This document shows, one piece after another, positions 39,901 through 51,780 of a DNA stretch of 64,000 nt. The notes under the pieces were generated by a model that had not been told where the DNA came from, did not search any database, and worked only from the letters and a program-made list of their open reading frames with translations. The stretch's first letter is position 1. Every line of letters begins with the position of its first letter. The DNA is from Camelus dromedarius (Eukaryota). The DNA is taken from the NCBI RefSeq assembly GCF_036321535.1, contig NC_087437.1:63614001-63678000 (forward strand), in the 5' to 3' direction. The translations under genes were made by a program, and so were the position numbers.

Positions 39901-40976
39901 GTTGGGGCTACAATTTTGTCCTGTAGAACTACTACAAAATTTAAAAACAGGTCAGTTAGAATTATGATATGTTTTTAAAGGCATAAAATATCTATTTTTA
40001 ATGCTGAAGTTTGCAGCATTAAACATGACTAATGCATAATATAAGGCTAATCAATGTGGTCAATTTCCAGTTATCTACAGGCAGATTATCTGCCTTTGGA
40101 TCAGACTAAGACAAATATTGCTTTCTTTTTCTTAGAAGTATTATCCATTCCTCTAATTTATGTTTTATAGATCTGTTATCACCTTTGAGTTATAATTTAT
40201 ATACCATAAAATTCACCCATGTTAAGTGTACAATTCAATTACATTTTTAAGAAATTTACAAAATTGTGCAATCATTACCACAATCCAATTTTAAAACTTT
40301 CCCATCATGCCCAAAAGATCCCCTGTGCCCATTTTTTCTGATTCTTGTTTTTTATTTAAATTTATTTATGTTCAACTTTTATACAAAATTTTAAAAATTT
40401 GTTTTAATCCAAGAAGATATTTAGCTCTAGTTATGTGGCTGGAGTTGGGGCAGTGTTCCAGATAGTAATCTGTATCTGTATAAAAGTGAGAGGTGGTACA
40501 AGCCCTACGTGGATGGTTCAATACCTTATGTGGAATTTCAGACATTAGTATTTATAATACATGCCCATATTTAAATGTAAATATCAAAAGAGATGCTAAA
40601 AGCAGACATCATAATTTTTTCCCTTTACCCCCTTAATCAATAGAGATAACTCAGAAGTTTGCATGAACTAGTAAGCAATTTTAAGTAACAGTTTCTACAA
40701 CTTGTGTTCCCTCCCTGTGTTGCAGGATACCCAGACCCTGAGGTCGTCTGGTTCAAAGATGACCAGTCAATCAGGGAGTCCCGCCACTTCCAGATAGACT
40801 ACGATGAGGATGGGAACTGCTCTTTAATCATTAGTGATGTTTGCGGGGATGATGACGCCAAGTACACCTGCAAGGCTGTCAACAGTCTTGGAGAAGCCAC
40901 CTGCACAGCAGAGCTCATTGTGGAAACCATGGAGGAAGGAGAAGGAGAAGGAGAAGAGGAAGAAGAGGAAGAGTGA
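36816..40976 (+). CDS. MYLK: Telokin (KRP) isoform, 156 aa from three exons (88+132+251 nt)
   Basis: MAMISGLSGRKSSTGSPTSP... start downstream of the intronic CArG promoter; known independent product of MYLK. Confidence 0.9.
38363..38494 (+). CDS. MYLK: MYLK/telokin exon, first half of Ig domain
   Basis: ttctag|AA GAT GTT...(E)DVAQAFLEAVAEEKPHVKPYFSKTIRDLEVVEGSAARFDCKIE, ends G|gtaagt; tandem TAG-AAG acceptor. Confidence 0.97.
40726..40976 (+). CDS. MYLK: MYLK/telokin terminal coding exon: Ig domain end and poly-Glu tail
   Basis: ttgcag|GA TAC CCA...(G)YPDPEVVWFKDDQSIRESRHFQIDYDEDGNCSLIISDVCGDDDAKYTCKAVNSLGEATCTAELIVETMEEGEGEGEEEEEEE-TGA. Confidence 0.98.
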
Positions 40977-42504
40977 AACAAAGCCAGAGAGAGGCAGTTT
41001 CTAAGTCATATTACAAAGACTATTTCTCTAAAGCTCAAAAAATCCAAGATAGTAAAAGCACCTAGTGTGATAGATTATTTAGTTAGGTCATTTAGGGGTT
41101 GATTCTTGGGCAACAGTGGTTGATACCCAGCAGCATTGTTGATGGGCATTAGTTTGAATTAGCTGGCACCTTTAGATACTAGTACAGCTAGATTTCATTT
41201 TGAGAAATCACCAGTAACTTGTCTGACCAGTTGATTTTAGAGAAGAAGTAACCAAAAGGAAAACTGACCTGGGCAAAGTCATAAATTCCCCTACTGAAAG
41301 CACTCGTGATCCTGTGGTCACAGCTCTGCCCAGAGGGTCCCTGGAGGTGGGGGTCTCTCCCAGCTCCTACTCCAGAGAACCGGGTCTTCTCCAGCACTGC
41401 AGCACTTCATTCTGCAGGCAGTTGAGCCATTTTAACTTATGAGGCACATTTCATTCCAAAGTATACCATAGACGTTCGAACTTTTCATTTCCCTCCCCTG
41501 TTCTACCTGCCAGCTTTTCTGAATCTGAACTTGCCATGAGTTTAAGCACTTGGGACATCACGCTTCTTAGATTCTGAAGACATGTCCCCTGTTCATGGAT
41601 GACTGGCTTCCTTGGGAAAAGAGAATCTTCTTTCTTCCAAAATCAGTAGGCACTCTAAACTTATCCCCTCTTTGAAGATGTCTAGCAGCTTCAGACATTT
41701 TTATTCGAACCTATGAAAAGTAATTCCTTGCTGATGTGCTTTTTTTCTGAAACCACAATTCATATTTGTGCTGTTTTAGAGCATCAGCTCTGCATGTGTG
41801 GTAACGGTTTTTGTGTTTGAATGTATGAAAAACCAGTTTGCTGAAAAGTTAGTCTTAATTATTTATTGGCCACTATGAAACAGATTTCAACTGAAGAGCT
41901 ATAGAACTCCACATACTTGGGAATCTTCTTCAGGATAGTCTGAGTTTAATACACCTTCATTCCAAACACTCTTCAGAGAACTCTACCTACCTTATGGGTT
42001 CCACAAGGTTTTTCTTCTTGAATGTGCATCAATCATGCCTTGCCCCCAACCTTGAAATATATTCTTAGATCTGATAAATGCACTCAGACTTGTGTCTTTA
42101 GGAATTTTTAACTTTCTTTCACTACATTGGCACTTAAATTTTTCTTTATAAAACTTTTTGAAGGTCATAAACAAAGACCATAAACTGATATGCCTAATAC
42201 ATTTCCTCTGCGTGTGTGTGTAACATTCCAGTTACTTTTTCTTTTCCACTGTTTGTAAAGTGCAGCAGTTTAATATTTCAAGGGACTTTTCAATAGTTCC
42301 TTAAGAACCAATTTTAAATTACTTCAGTGCAATCCTACATAGTATCAACATTAGAATTTTGCTTTACTTAGTCTTATGTTATCTTCCATTCTATTTTTAT
42401 CTGCTTTTTGCTGCTAGCTTCAAATTGCCAGTATTTTTCTTTTTGCTTTTTAAACAGTTACAATATTTTTTCATAATAGCCACAGTATTGCCACAGTTTA
42501 CTAT

Positions 42505-42510
42505 AATAAA
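42505..42510 (+). terminator. Candidate proximal polyadenylation signal AATAAA
   Basis: ctatAATAAAgtg, with TG-rich sequence further downstream (~42583-42640). Confidence 0.45.
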
Positions 42511-42741
42511 GTGTTTCTAATTTGAGTTAGAGCATTCAAAGCTTTTATTCATCACGTTTAACTGTGTTTAGACTATAACCTTTGTGTGCGTGTATGTTGT
42601 ATATGTGCGTGCATGTGTGGTGTGTATGTTTGTTTACAGGTTTTTGATGCCTTCTTGAAATTGTGTTAATGTTCTCCCAGTTTATTATGCCATCAGAATG
42701 GTAAATGAGAACACTACAACTGTAGTTAGCTCACAATTTAA

Positions 42742-42747
42742 AATAAA
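42742..42747 (+). terminator. Candidate main polyadenylation signal AATAAA
   Basis: tttaaAATAAAggataccacagtgca followed by GT/T-rich ggtttgttcagtcttt. Confidence 0.7.
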
Positions 42748-43861
42748 GGATACCACAGTGCATGCGGTTTGTTCAGTCTTTGCAGCCTTCTCTTTTCCAT
42801 GCCACCAGTTGTAGAAAACCCAAACAGATCTTGGAAACTAAAAACAAATGCTCTGGTGCAGAAAGTGGCTTATGTGGTTGTGTTTTACTAAGGAGCAGAA
42901 TGACTTAGGCAGTTCTTGTTTATACTAGGTAGCCTCATTTGCACATTTATTTCAAAGTTTCTCTCAAGCATCATTTTGGTTCAATTACATTCTAGTATCT
43001 ACAGTATCCTCATAGTGCTAAAATCTATATGACATTTTCATTTCAAAATCATCATCATCATTGATATTACTTACCAGGGTGTGGTTTGCATTTGTAACTT
43101 TGGTGCAATTTGTTACTTGCAGCCGGGTGTTATCTTTCTCTGTGTTGATATCGAAGCATCTGTTCTCCGGAAGCCGTTACTCCTGTTCATAGGAAGTCTG
43201 TTGTCAGATATCAGATGGTGAAGTCCCGTGTCCTGAGTGTTCAAACAATATTGTAGATATTCTAGAAAGAATCAAGACATACTATTTAATGTTGGACTAC
43301 ATGATTTTATGATTCCACAGTGTAGTCTAGAAAGAAACAATCCATTGTCCAGATGATAAATATTTAAATTATTTCATTTTTTTATAAGGCAACCATAATC
43401 CACAAATGTTCCTAGTGAGAAAATTATTATTTTTAAAGAAAAGGACTTTTTATTCCTTATTAGTGAAAAATGTACTTTACAGTCTGAAAAATAACAAATA
43501 TATTTTCTTCTACTCTGTTCTCATCCCAGATAGAAAACAATCCATTGATTATTCCTTACATTGCAGAGCTTCATATTAAATGAATTTCTACCTGTAACTA
43601 AAAAGACATGCCGACTGTTGTCAGCTCTAACTTTATTTATATGTCTCTATTTCTTCTTATCAAAATGTTTTGAGTTTTACTTTCTACATTTTACCTGCTT
43701 TTAATACGTCTGTGCTAATGAGTATCAAGGAGGTGAAGGATAATTGAATTCTAAAGAAACTCAACTCTCCACTCTTCTCCACTCTTCTTCAGAAAATATG
43801 AGTAATACTACTTATTTACCCCTTGGGAACTCCTCTGTATTTTGAAAGGGAAGCTAATAGC

Positions 43862-44198
43862 TGTAGCAGTCACTCCTGAGGCTTTTTGCCCCCTGACATA
43901 TGATTAGGACCACATTCCTGGCTCCCTGGCCAGATGAGACTGTGTGACTGTTCCTGGTCAGTGAGGTGTAAGCACAAGTGATGTTTGACCCTCTGGTCCA
44001 GAGAATTTAACTACTGGTGCAAGCCTCTCCATAATGACTGCAACATGTCAGGTGGTGGCTGCTTTATCCACCTGGATCCCCAGCAAATCCCAGATGGGTA
44101 CGTAAGTAACACAAGCAAGAAATAAATCTTTGTTCTTATAAATCACCAAGATTTTAGCATTCTTTGTGACTGCAACATAACCTAGATTATCCTTTATA
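43862..44198 (+). mobile_element. MLT1-type MaLR LTR remnant
   Basis: gcaagaaataaatctttgtt...tttgtgactgcaacataacctag 3' motif. Confidence 0.65.
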
Positions 44199-44214
44199 AG
44201 GTCATCATCATATT

Positions 44215-44428
44215 CTAGATCTGTTCTATTTTCAGTAGGGTAGTCATGAGTCACTAGTGGCTATTTAAATTTAAATTAATTAAAATAAGTAAAATTTAAA
44301 ATTCAGTTCCTCAGTTGCACTAGCCACGTTTCAAGTGCTCAATAATCACATGTGACTAGTGGCTGGCTACTTTATTGGATAGCACAGATTAGAACTTTCT
44401 GTAAGGTTCTATTAGATGGCACTGTTAT
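44215..44428. mobile_element. MER3-like hAT DNA transposon
   Basis: gtggctatttaaatttaaattaattaaaat...aaaattcagttcctcagttgcactagccacgtttcaagtgctcaata. Confidence 0.8.
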
Positions 44429-45661
44429 AGATGGGCTAGGAGGAAAAGAGAAACTCCAAATTTTCCCTTAACTGTGCATACCACTTTTCAAATTACTGTG
44501 AAATTAAAACTTCAAAGTTTGTGTGAAATCAGTCTGGAGAGTATGGTCTACAGTTTCATCAATTGTATTAGATAATACAGACCAAATACTTAGGTTATTG
44601 TTTTTGATTATTTATATTGATATATTTTTTAAAGTACCAGTTCTGTGCTTCTCACCACAAAATCTAAATAGATCTGCAGTTCATAAGCAATTACCAGACT
44701 ACAATATGAAGCAACCAGCTAAGCCAAAGATCTCCAGTATTTTTAGAACTTAGGAGCTACTCGAGATAGGGGAGCATCCAATGGGGACAAATGAGATAGA
44801 AGCAAAGGAGGAGACACAGTCACCAGGGCAAGATTTCCTTGACAGTGAACCAAAAGGAAAGAGGAGGGGCCATCCTGACAGCTACAGTCATTTTAACCTC
44901 AGTGGCTTTGATAATAACTCCCTTCCCGTTGGAACTGGAAATACCCAGGATATACACAGCACTTGGAGACAACAGTCAATTTCTAACTGCTGGCTGTTTG
45001 AAATTTTAGCTCATAGGCCTTGCTGGTGTTCCAAATGCCTGCACATCACGAGGAGGGTTTCATGTCAGAGACCACAGCCCCAGCAGCGACCACATGGAAG
45101 CATATGGTAAATCTTCACAAGACATTATTTGACTCTCTGGGACTAGATTTCTTCTAGTTGGAGATAATGATGGAAAAGGGAGGTTACAAATTAACCTTAG
45201 TCAATTTATTATTATTAGCTTCTTTGGGGTAGTAGCTTCCAATAGTTAAGAGACAGGTTAGGCTATATAGGGCAACAATCTTGCTCCAGATGGTATGTTA
45301 CAATGAACGATAGCCTCAGCTCAAGTTCAACAAGTACTTATTAGTAAGCAGTGATGCAACCTGTCCCATAAGCTCCATGAAGCCCCAGATCTCTCTCCAA
45401 AAAGCACCTCACCTGTTCACTGAAGGCAAATGCACCAGGATACCAGCATAGGATCTAGCTAACCTGGTTAATCAAGTGGAGTCAGTTCCAGCTGTGTAGC
45501 TCATGCCTCAGTTTCCTCATCTATAAAACTAGAGTAATAATAGTTCCTCTCTCAAAGATCATTATAAAAATTAAAAGAGCTCATGCATAGTACCTGATCC
45601 GTATGGTAAGCCCTATTCCTCTGGCACTCGAGATGCTAAGCTGTGTCAGAAATATCCTCTA

Positions 45662-45758
45662 GGGGGAGGGTATGGCTCAGTGGCAGCGTGCATGCTTAGC
45701 ACCCCAGAACCTCCATGAAGACAAATAAACTTAATTACCTCCCCCATTAAAAAAAAAA
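45662..45758 (+). mobile_element. Vic-1-type (camelid) tRNA-derived SINE, internally deleted
   Basis: ggggagggtatggctcagtgg (A box)...catgcttagc...ccccagaacctcc...taattacctccccc + A tail; B-box segment missing. Confidence 0.75.
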
Positions 45759-47751
45759 GACAAAGCTAAATAGCTTTAATTTTTTTTAATTTTAACAAAG
45801 AGAGCATCCTCAAGAAACTGGTAATACTTCTATAGAAACAAAACAAATATGTGAAAAAGTTATATACTAATGAAAGATGGAAAGAATTATTTAAATTCCA
45901 CCCACCTCCCAAAAAAGGATCTTTGAAACTGCAAGTACCCATACAATTGTACAAAAAACAATTGCATGGGTTTATGAAATGTTACAACTGCCTTCTTGTT
46001 CTCTGGAAAAGTTTTAACTCCCAGTCCCTAAAGACCCTCTTCTTCATAGTCAAAGAAAAGCTCATCTGACCTTGGAGTCTTATTTCCAATCAAGAAGAAA
46101 TTTCTCAAAATTGGCTTGAATTTAAATTTATCATTTAACCTTTAATCCCAAAAAGTTCTCTAATTTTTAATTTATATTTACAAAAGCTAATTCACATTGA
46201 CTTCTTTCTGACTGCATATTAACCACAGAACAAATAGGGATCTGCTACGCAGTCCCAAGAAAAGGCTGGGTAGATAACTTTAAAAAAATTGTCTAGAAAG
46301 CTTAAAATTCTCCTATTTTCTGGAGAATCAGGAGATTAAGGGTTTAGAAAATGGGGAGCTACCACAGCAGAGAGAAGACCAAAGATTAACTCCTGAAGAT
46401 AAGCAGTAACTCTGTTCTCTTTAGAGCCCCCAGTAAACTGGGAGTGAAGGAATAATAATTTTTTTAAACTACAAACCCCTCAAAGACAAATATAGGAGAA
46501 GAGAGATGAAAAATACCAGAATTTTGGAAGACGGAAAGCAAATAGATGAGTGGGTAACTTACTTAGAGGACAGAAGCTGAAACCTGACTTCCCGCAGAGA
46601 AGAAGGCCAATGGGAAGGCAAGTCAGTTTTGTCCTGAAGAAGCCCTAAAAGGTCAGAGACCAGAGGAACAAGGTACCTATGAAGGGGAGCCTCAAGAGGA
46701 ATTGAGGTATCAATTCACTGATACAAACCAAGGTCTTTAAGGTCAAAGCAGGTCAAAAGGAGATCAATGCAGAAGTAGGATAGGACACCTAGGAGTTAGG
46801 ATAGACAAGGGTCCAAGAGTCCAGGAAGTCAGTCTGAACACATCAGCAGTACCCATGGTCAAAGTACAGAGAAGAGCCTGACCCTAGAAAGGCATTTGCT
46901 TGCTCGAAGAGTTTTTAAAGACAGATAAGCTCCTTTAAAGTTAAATTGGTTGTACAAGAAGCCAAATCTTTAAGACTTTTAATAAGGCACCCTGTTAATG
47001 AATGCCTTATATTCATTTATTTAAAGTAGAAGCTCAGTTAATTAATTTCCATTTAATCCAACTTGCCTGCCTTAACAACAGTTTTCATTCCCTCTGTAAA
47101 ATAAATTAATTGATGCCCACACACTTCTGTTCCACTGATGCCCACAAGCTGCATTATATATTTACCAAGAGTCAATTGGGTTTGCTCTTAAACTTTATGC
47201 CAGTTGTACTTGTAATTACATAATTTAATTATTATATAAATCAGTAAAAATTGAGTGCTAAAGGGAAGAGTAGCTGTTTCCATGGAAACTAAATTGAGAC
47301 TAGTGGTCATATATGGCAGACTGAACACTTGCATTTACTTCCTGCTTCCCAAAACCTCACTAAAATGAAAGTAAAGAGACAAAAGGCATTAAACCCACAG
47401 GGCAAAGAATAAGAGATGTGATACACTAGACTTGAGTTGTTGACAAACTTTGGGAATACACTAATTAATAATTAATTTTGTTTCAACTTTTTCCACTCTG
47501 CAAGCATCTGCGGGGGAGAAAACCTCAAAAACCAAGCTGAGTCCTACCACAGAACAAGGCAAAAACAGAGCAATTAGACCACCCCTTCCCCTACCCCCAC
47601 CTCCTCCTCTAGCCCATATGCCCTCTGACAGTCTCTCCTCGAATGCTGGCAGATAAAGGGGCTTTTCAAGTTAGACCAGATCAGCTGTGGAATGATGGAC
47701 AAGCACAACTGAGGGTGGGAAGGAGGCAACTCTTAAAAAACATAAGGATCA

Positions 47752-50700
47752 GGCAACCATCAATTTGTTCTCTGTATACTTGATGCTAGCTGGGTTTTGT
47801 TGTTGTTGTTTTAGATTCCCCATGTAAGAGATATCATACAGTAATTGCCTTTCTCTGTCTGACTTTTTTCACTTAGCATAATGCCCTCAAGGTCCATCCA
47901 TGTTTCACAAACGGCAAGATTCCATTCTTTTTTATGGCTGAATACATATATTTAAGCATCTTTATATATAAAACATACACAAAACATCATCTTTATCCAT
48001 TATTTGTTGATAGACACGTAGGTTGTTTCCATATCTTGGCTACTGTAAATTATGCTGCAATGAACATGGGGGTACATTTATCTTTTCTAGTTAGTGTTTT
48101 CATTTTCTTCAGATAAATACCAAGAAATGGAATTGCTGGATCATATGGTAGTTCTATTTTTAATTTCTTGAGGAACCTCCAAACTGTTTTCCATAGTGGC
48201 TGCACCAATTTATATTCCCACCAACAGTGCATGAAAGTTCACTTTTCTCCACATCCTTGCCAACATTGGTTCTTTCTTGTCTTTTTGATGAAGTCATTCT
48301 AACAGGGGTGAGGTGATTTCTCATTGTGGTTTTGATTTGCATTTCCCTGATGATTAATGATGGTGAGCATCTTTTTAGGTAACTTGGTCATCTGTATGTC
48401 TTCTTTGGAAAAAATGTCTATTCAGATCTTCTGCCCATTTTTTAATCAGGTTGTTTGGTTTTATGCTGTAGAATTGTATGAGTTATTTATATATATTGGA
48501 TATTAACTCCTTATCAGATATATGATTTGCAAATATTTTCTCTGATTCATAGGTTGCCTTTTTATTTTGTTGATGGTTTCCTTTGCTGTAACAGATGATT
48601 TTTAGTATGATGTCCTATGTGTTTATTTTTGCTTTTGCTGCTTTTACTTTTGGTGTCAGATTCAAAAAATCATCACCAAGACCTATGTCAAGGAGCCTAC
48701 CATCTATGTTTCTTCTAGGAGTTTTCTGGTTGAAGGTCTTACACTGAATTCTTTAATCCATTTTGAGTTAATTTTTGTGTATGGTGTAAGACAGTAATCC
48801 AATTTTATTCTTTTGCATGTAACTGTCCAGTTTTCCCAACACCATTTATTGAAGAGGTTGTCCTTTCCCGATTGTACATTCTTAGAAGTTCTGTCATAAA
48901 TTAATTGACCATCTGTGCATGGGTTTATTTCTGGGCTCTATTCTGTTCCATTGATTTATATGTCTGTTTTTATTCCAAACCATACTGTTTTAATAACTAT
49001 AGCTTTGTAATAGAGTTTGAACTGAGGGAGTATGATGCCTCCAGTTTGGTTCTTCTTTCTAAGATTGCTCTAGCTATCTGGGGTCTTTTGTGGTTCCATA
49101 TGTTAGGATTGTTTGTTTTATTTCTGTGGAAAATGTCACTGGAATTTTGAAAGGGATTGCATTGAATCTGTAGATTGCTTCAGGTAGTACAGACATTTTA
49201 ACAATATTAATTCTTGCAATCCCTGAGCAAAGAATATCCTTCCATTTAGCTGTGTCTGCTTCAATTTCTTTCTTTAATTGCTGTACAGTTTTCAGTACAC
49301 AGGTCTCTCACCTCCTTGGTTAAATTTATTCCTAGGTATTCTTTTTGATGCAATTATTAATAGGACTGATTTCTTAATCTCTCTTTCTGATAGTTCATTA
49401 CAAGTATATAGAAACACAACAAATTTTTGTGTATTATTTTGTATCCTACAACATTACTGAATTCATTTATTCTAACAGTTTTCAAAAGGCGTCTACAGGG
49501 TTTTTGATATATAATATTATGTCCTTTGCAAATAGTGACAGTTTTACCTCCTCCTTCCCAAATCAGATGACTTTTTCTTGCCTAATTGCTCTGGCGAGGG
49601 CTTTCACTACCATGTTGAATAAAAGTGGAAAGAATCTTGTCTTGTTTCTGATCTTAAGGGAAAAGCTTTCAGCTTTTCACCAGTAAGTATCATGTCAGCT
49701 GTGGGCTTGTCATATATGGCCTTTATTATGGTGAGGTATGTTCCCTCTACACCTGCTTTGTCGAGAGTTTTTATCATAAATGAATGTTGAATTTTGTCAA
49801 ATGCTTTTTCTGCATCTATTGAGATGATCATATGATTTCTGTCCTTAATTCTGTAAATGTGGTGTATCCACACTGACTGATTTGCAGATGTTGAACTAGC
49901 CTTGCATCCCTGGAATAAATCCCACTTGATCATGGTGTGTTATCCTTTTAATGTACTGTTAAATTTGGTTTGCTAATATTTGTTGATGATTTTTACATTT
50001 CTGTTCATGAGGGATATTGGCCTGTAATTTTCTTCTGGCTTCCTTGTCTAGGTTGTTATCAGGGTAATGATGGTCTTATAAAATGAGTTTGGAAGAGCTC
50101 TCTCCTCTTCTATTTTTTGGAAGAGTTGGAGGACTGGTGTTAATTCTTTTTTGAATATTAGGTAGAAAACACTAGTGAAGCCATTTGGTCCTTCACTTTT
50201 GTTGGTTGGGAAGTGTTTGATTATTGATTCACTCTCCTTAGTAGTAATTGTTCAGATTTTCTATTTCTTCATGATTCAGTGTTTGTAAATTGTATGATTC
50301 TAGAAATGTATCCATTTCTTCTAGGTCCAGTTTGTTGCTGTATAGTTGTTTATAGCAGTCTCTTATCCTTTGTTTCTGTGGTATCAGTTGTAATATCTCC
50401 TCTTTCATTTCTGATTTTATTTATTTGAGTCCTCTATTTTTCTTTGTGAATCTAGCTAAACATCTGTCAATTTTATCTACCTTTTCAAAGAGCCAGCCCT
50501 CACTGTGTTGGTCTTTTCTATGGTCTTTTCAGTCCTATTTCATTTATTTCTGTTCTAATCTTTGTTATTTCCTTCCTTTTACTAACTTTGGGTTTTCTTT
50601 GTTCTTCTTCTAGTTCCTTGAGATGTAAAGTTAGGTATTTATTTGAGACTTTTCTTGCTTCTTGGCATTTATTGCTATAACCCTCTCTCTTAGAACTGCT

Positions 50701-51780
50701 TTTGCTGCATCCCATAAATTGTAGTATGTTATGTTTCCATTTTCATTGTCTCAAAGTATTTTTTATTTCTCTTTTGATTTCTTCTTTGATCCACTGATTG
50801 TTCAGCAGCATGCTGTTTAATCTCCACATACTTGTAAATATTCCAGTTTTCTTCAGGTAATTGGTTTCTAGTTTCATACCATCATAGTCAGAAAATATGT
50901 ATGATAAGATTTCAATCATCTAAATTTATTAACACTTATTTTGTGGCCTAACATATGATATATCTGGAGAATGTTCCATGTGCACTTGAGAAGAATGTAT
51001 TCTGTTGCTTCTGGATGGAATATCTCTGTATATATCTGTTAAGTCCATCTTGTATAATGTGTTGTATAAGGCTGATGTTTCCTTATTTTCTCTGGATGAT
51101 CTATCTATTGATATAAGTGGAGTAATTAAAGTCCCCTGCTATTACTGTGCTGCTGTTTCTCCTTCTAGGTCTGTTGATATTTACTTTCTCTATTGAGATG
51201 TTCCTACGTTGGGTACATATAAATTTTAAAGTGTTATATCCTCTTGTTTGATTGACCCATGTATCATTATATAACTCCCTATCTGTTTCTTACTATAGTC
51301 TTTATTTTAAAATCTATTTTGTCTAATATAAGTATAGCTACTCCAGCTTTATTCTGGTTTCCATTTTCACATAATATCTTTTTCCATCCCTTTACTTTCA
51401 GTTTGTGCATATCCTTACATCTAAGGTGAATCTCTTGTAGGCAGTATACAGATGGGTCTTGTTTTTTATCCCTATGTCTTCTGGCAAATTTAGCTCATTT
51501 ACATTTAAAGTAATTATTGATGGGTATGTACTTATTACCATTTTGTTCGTTGTCTTGAGCTGTTTTTGCGGTACTTCTCTGTTCCATTCTTTTTCTCTTG
51601 CTCTCTTCTTTTGTGGTTTGATTACTTTCTTTAGTGGTATGCTTGTATTCTTTCTCTTTATCTTTTGTGTATTTAACTATAGGGTTTTGCTCTGTGGTTA
51701 CCATGAGGGTTACATATAACAACTTATATCTATAACAATCTATTTAAGTTGATAACAAACTTAAGTTTGATAATATTCTA
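47752..51780 (-). mobile_element. L1 LINE, ~4 kb degenerate copy (inter-ORF region, ORF2, part of 3' UTR)
   Basis: ORF2 start MVISTYPSIITLNVNELN at 51541; RT fragment [17 protein letters not shown]...[10 protein letters not shown]-terminal [34 protein letters not shown]; many frameshifts. Confidence 0.95.

Larger units (their letters stand above)
40977..42765 (+). other. MYLK: MYLK 3' UTR
   Basis: Repeat-free, AT-rich sequence from the stop codon to the AATAAA signals. Confidence 0.75.

Noticed and set aside
48050..49933. Reverse-transcriptase-like ORF fragments
   Set aside because: Dead L1 ORF2 pieces, not a host gene or active element.
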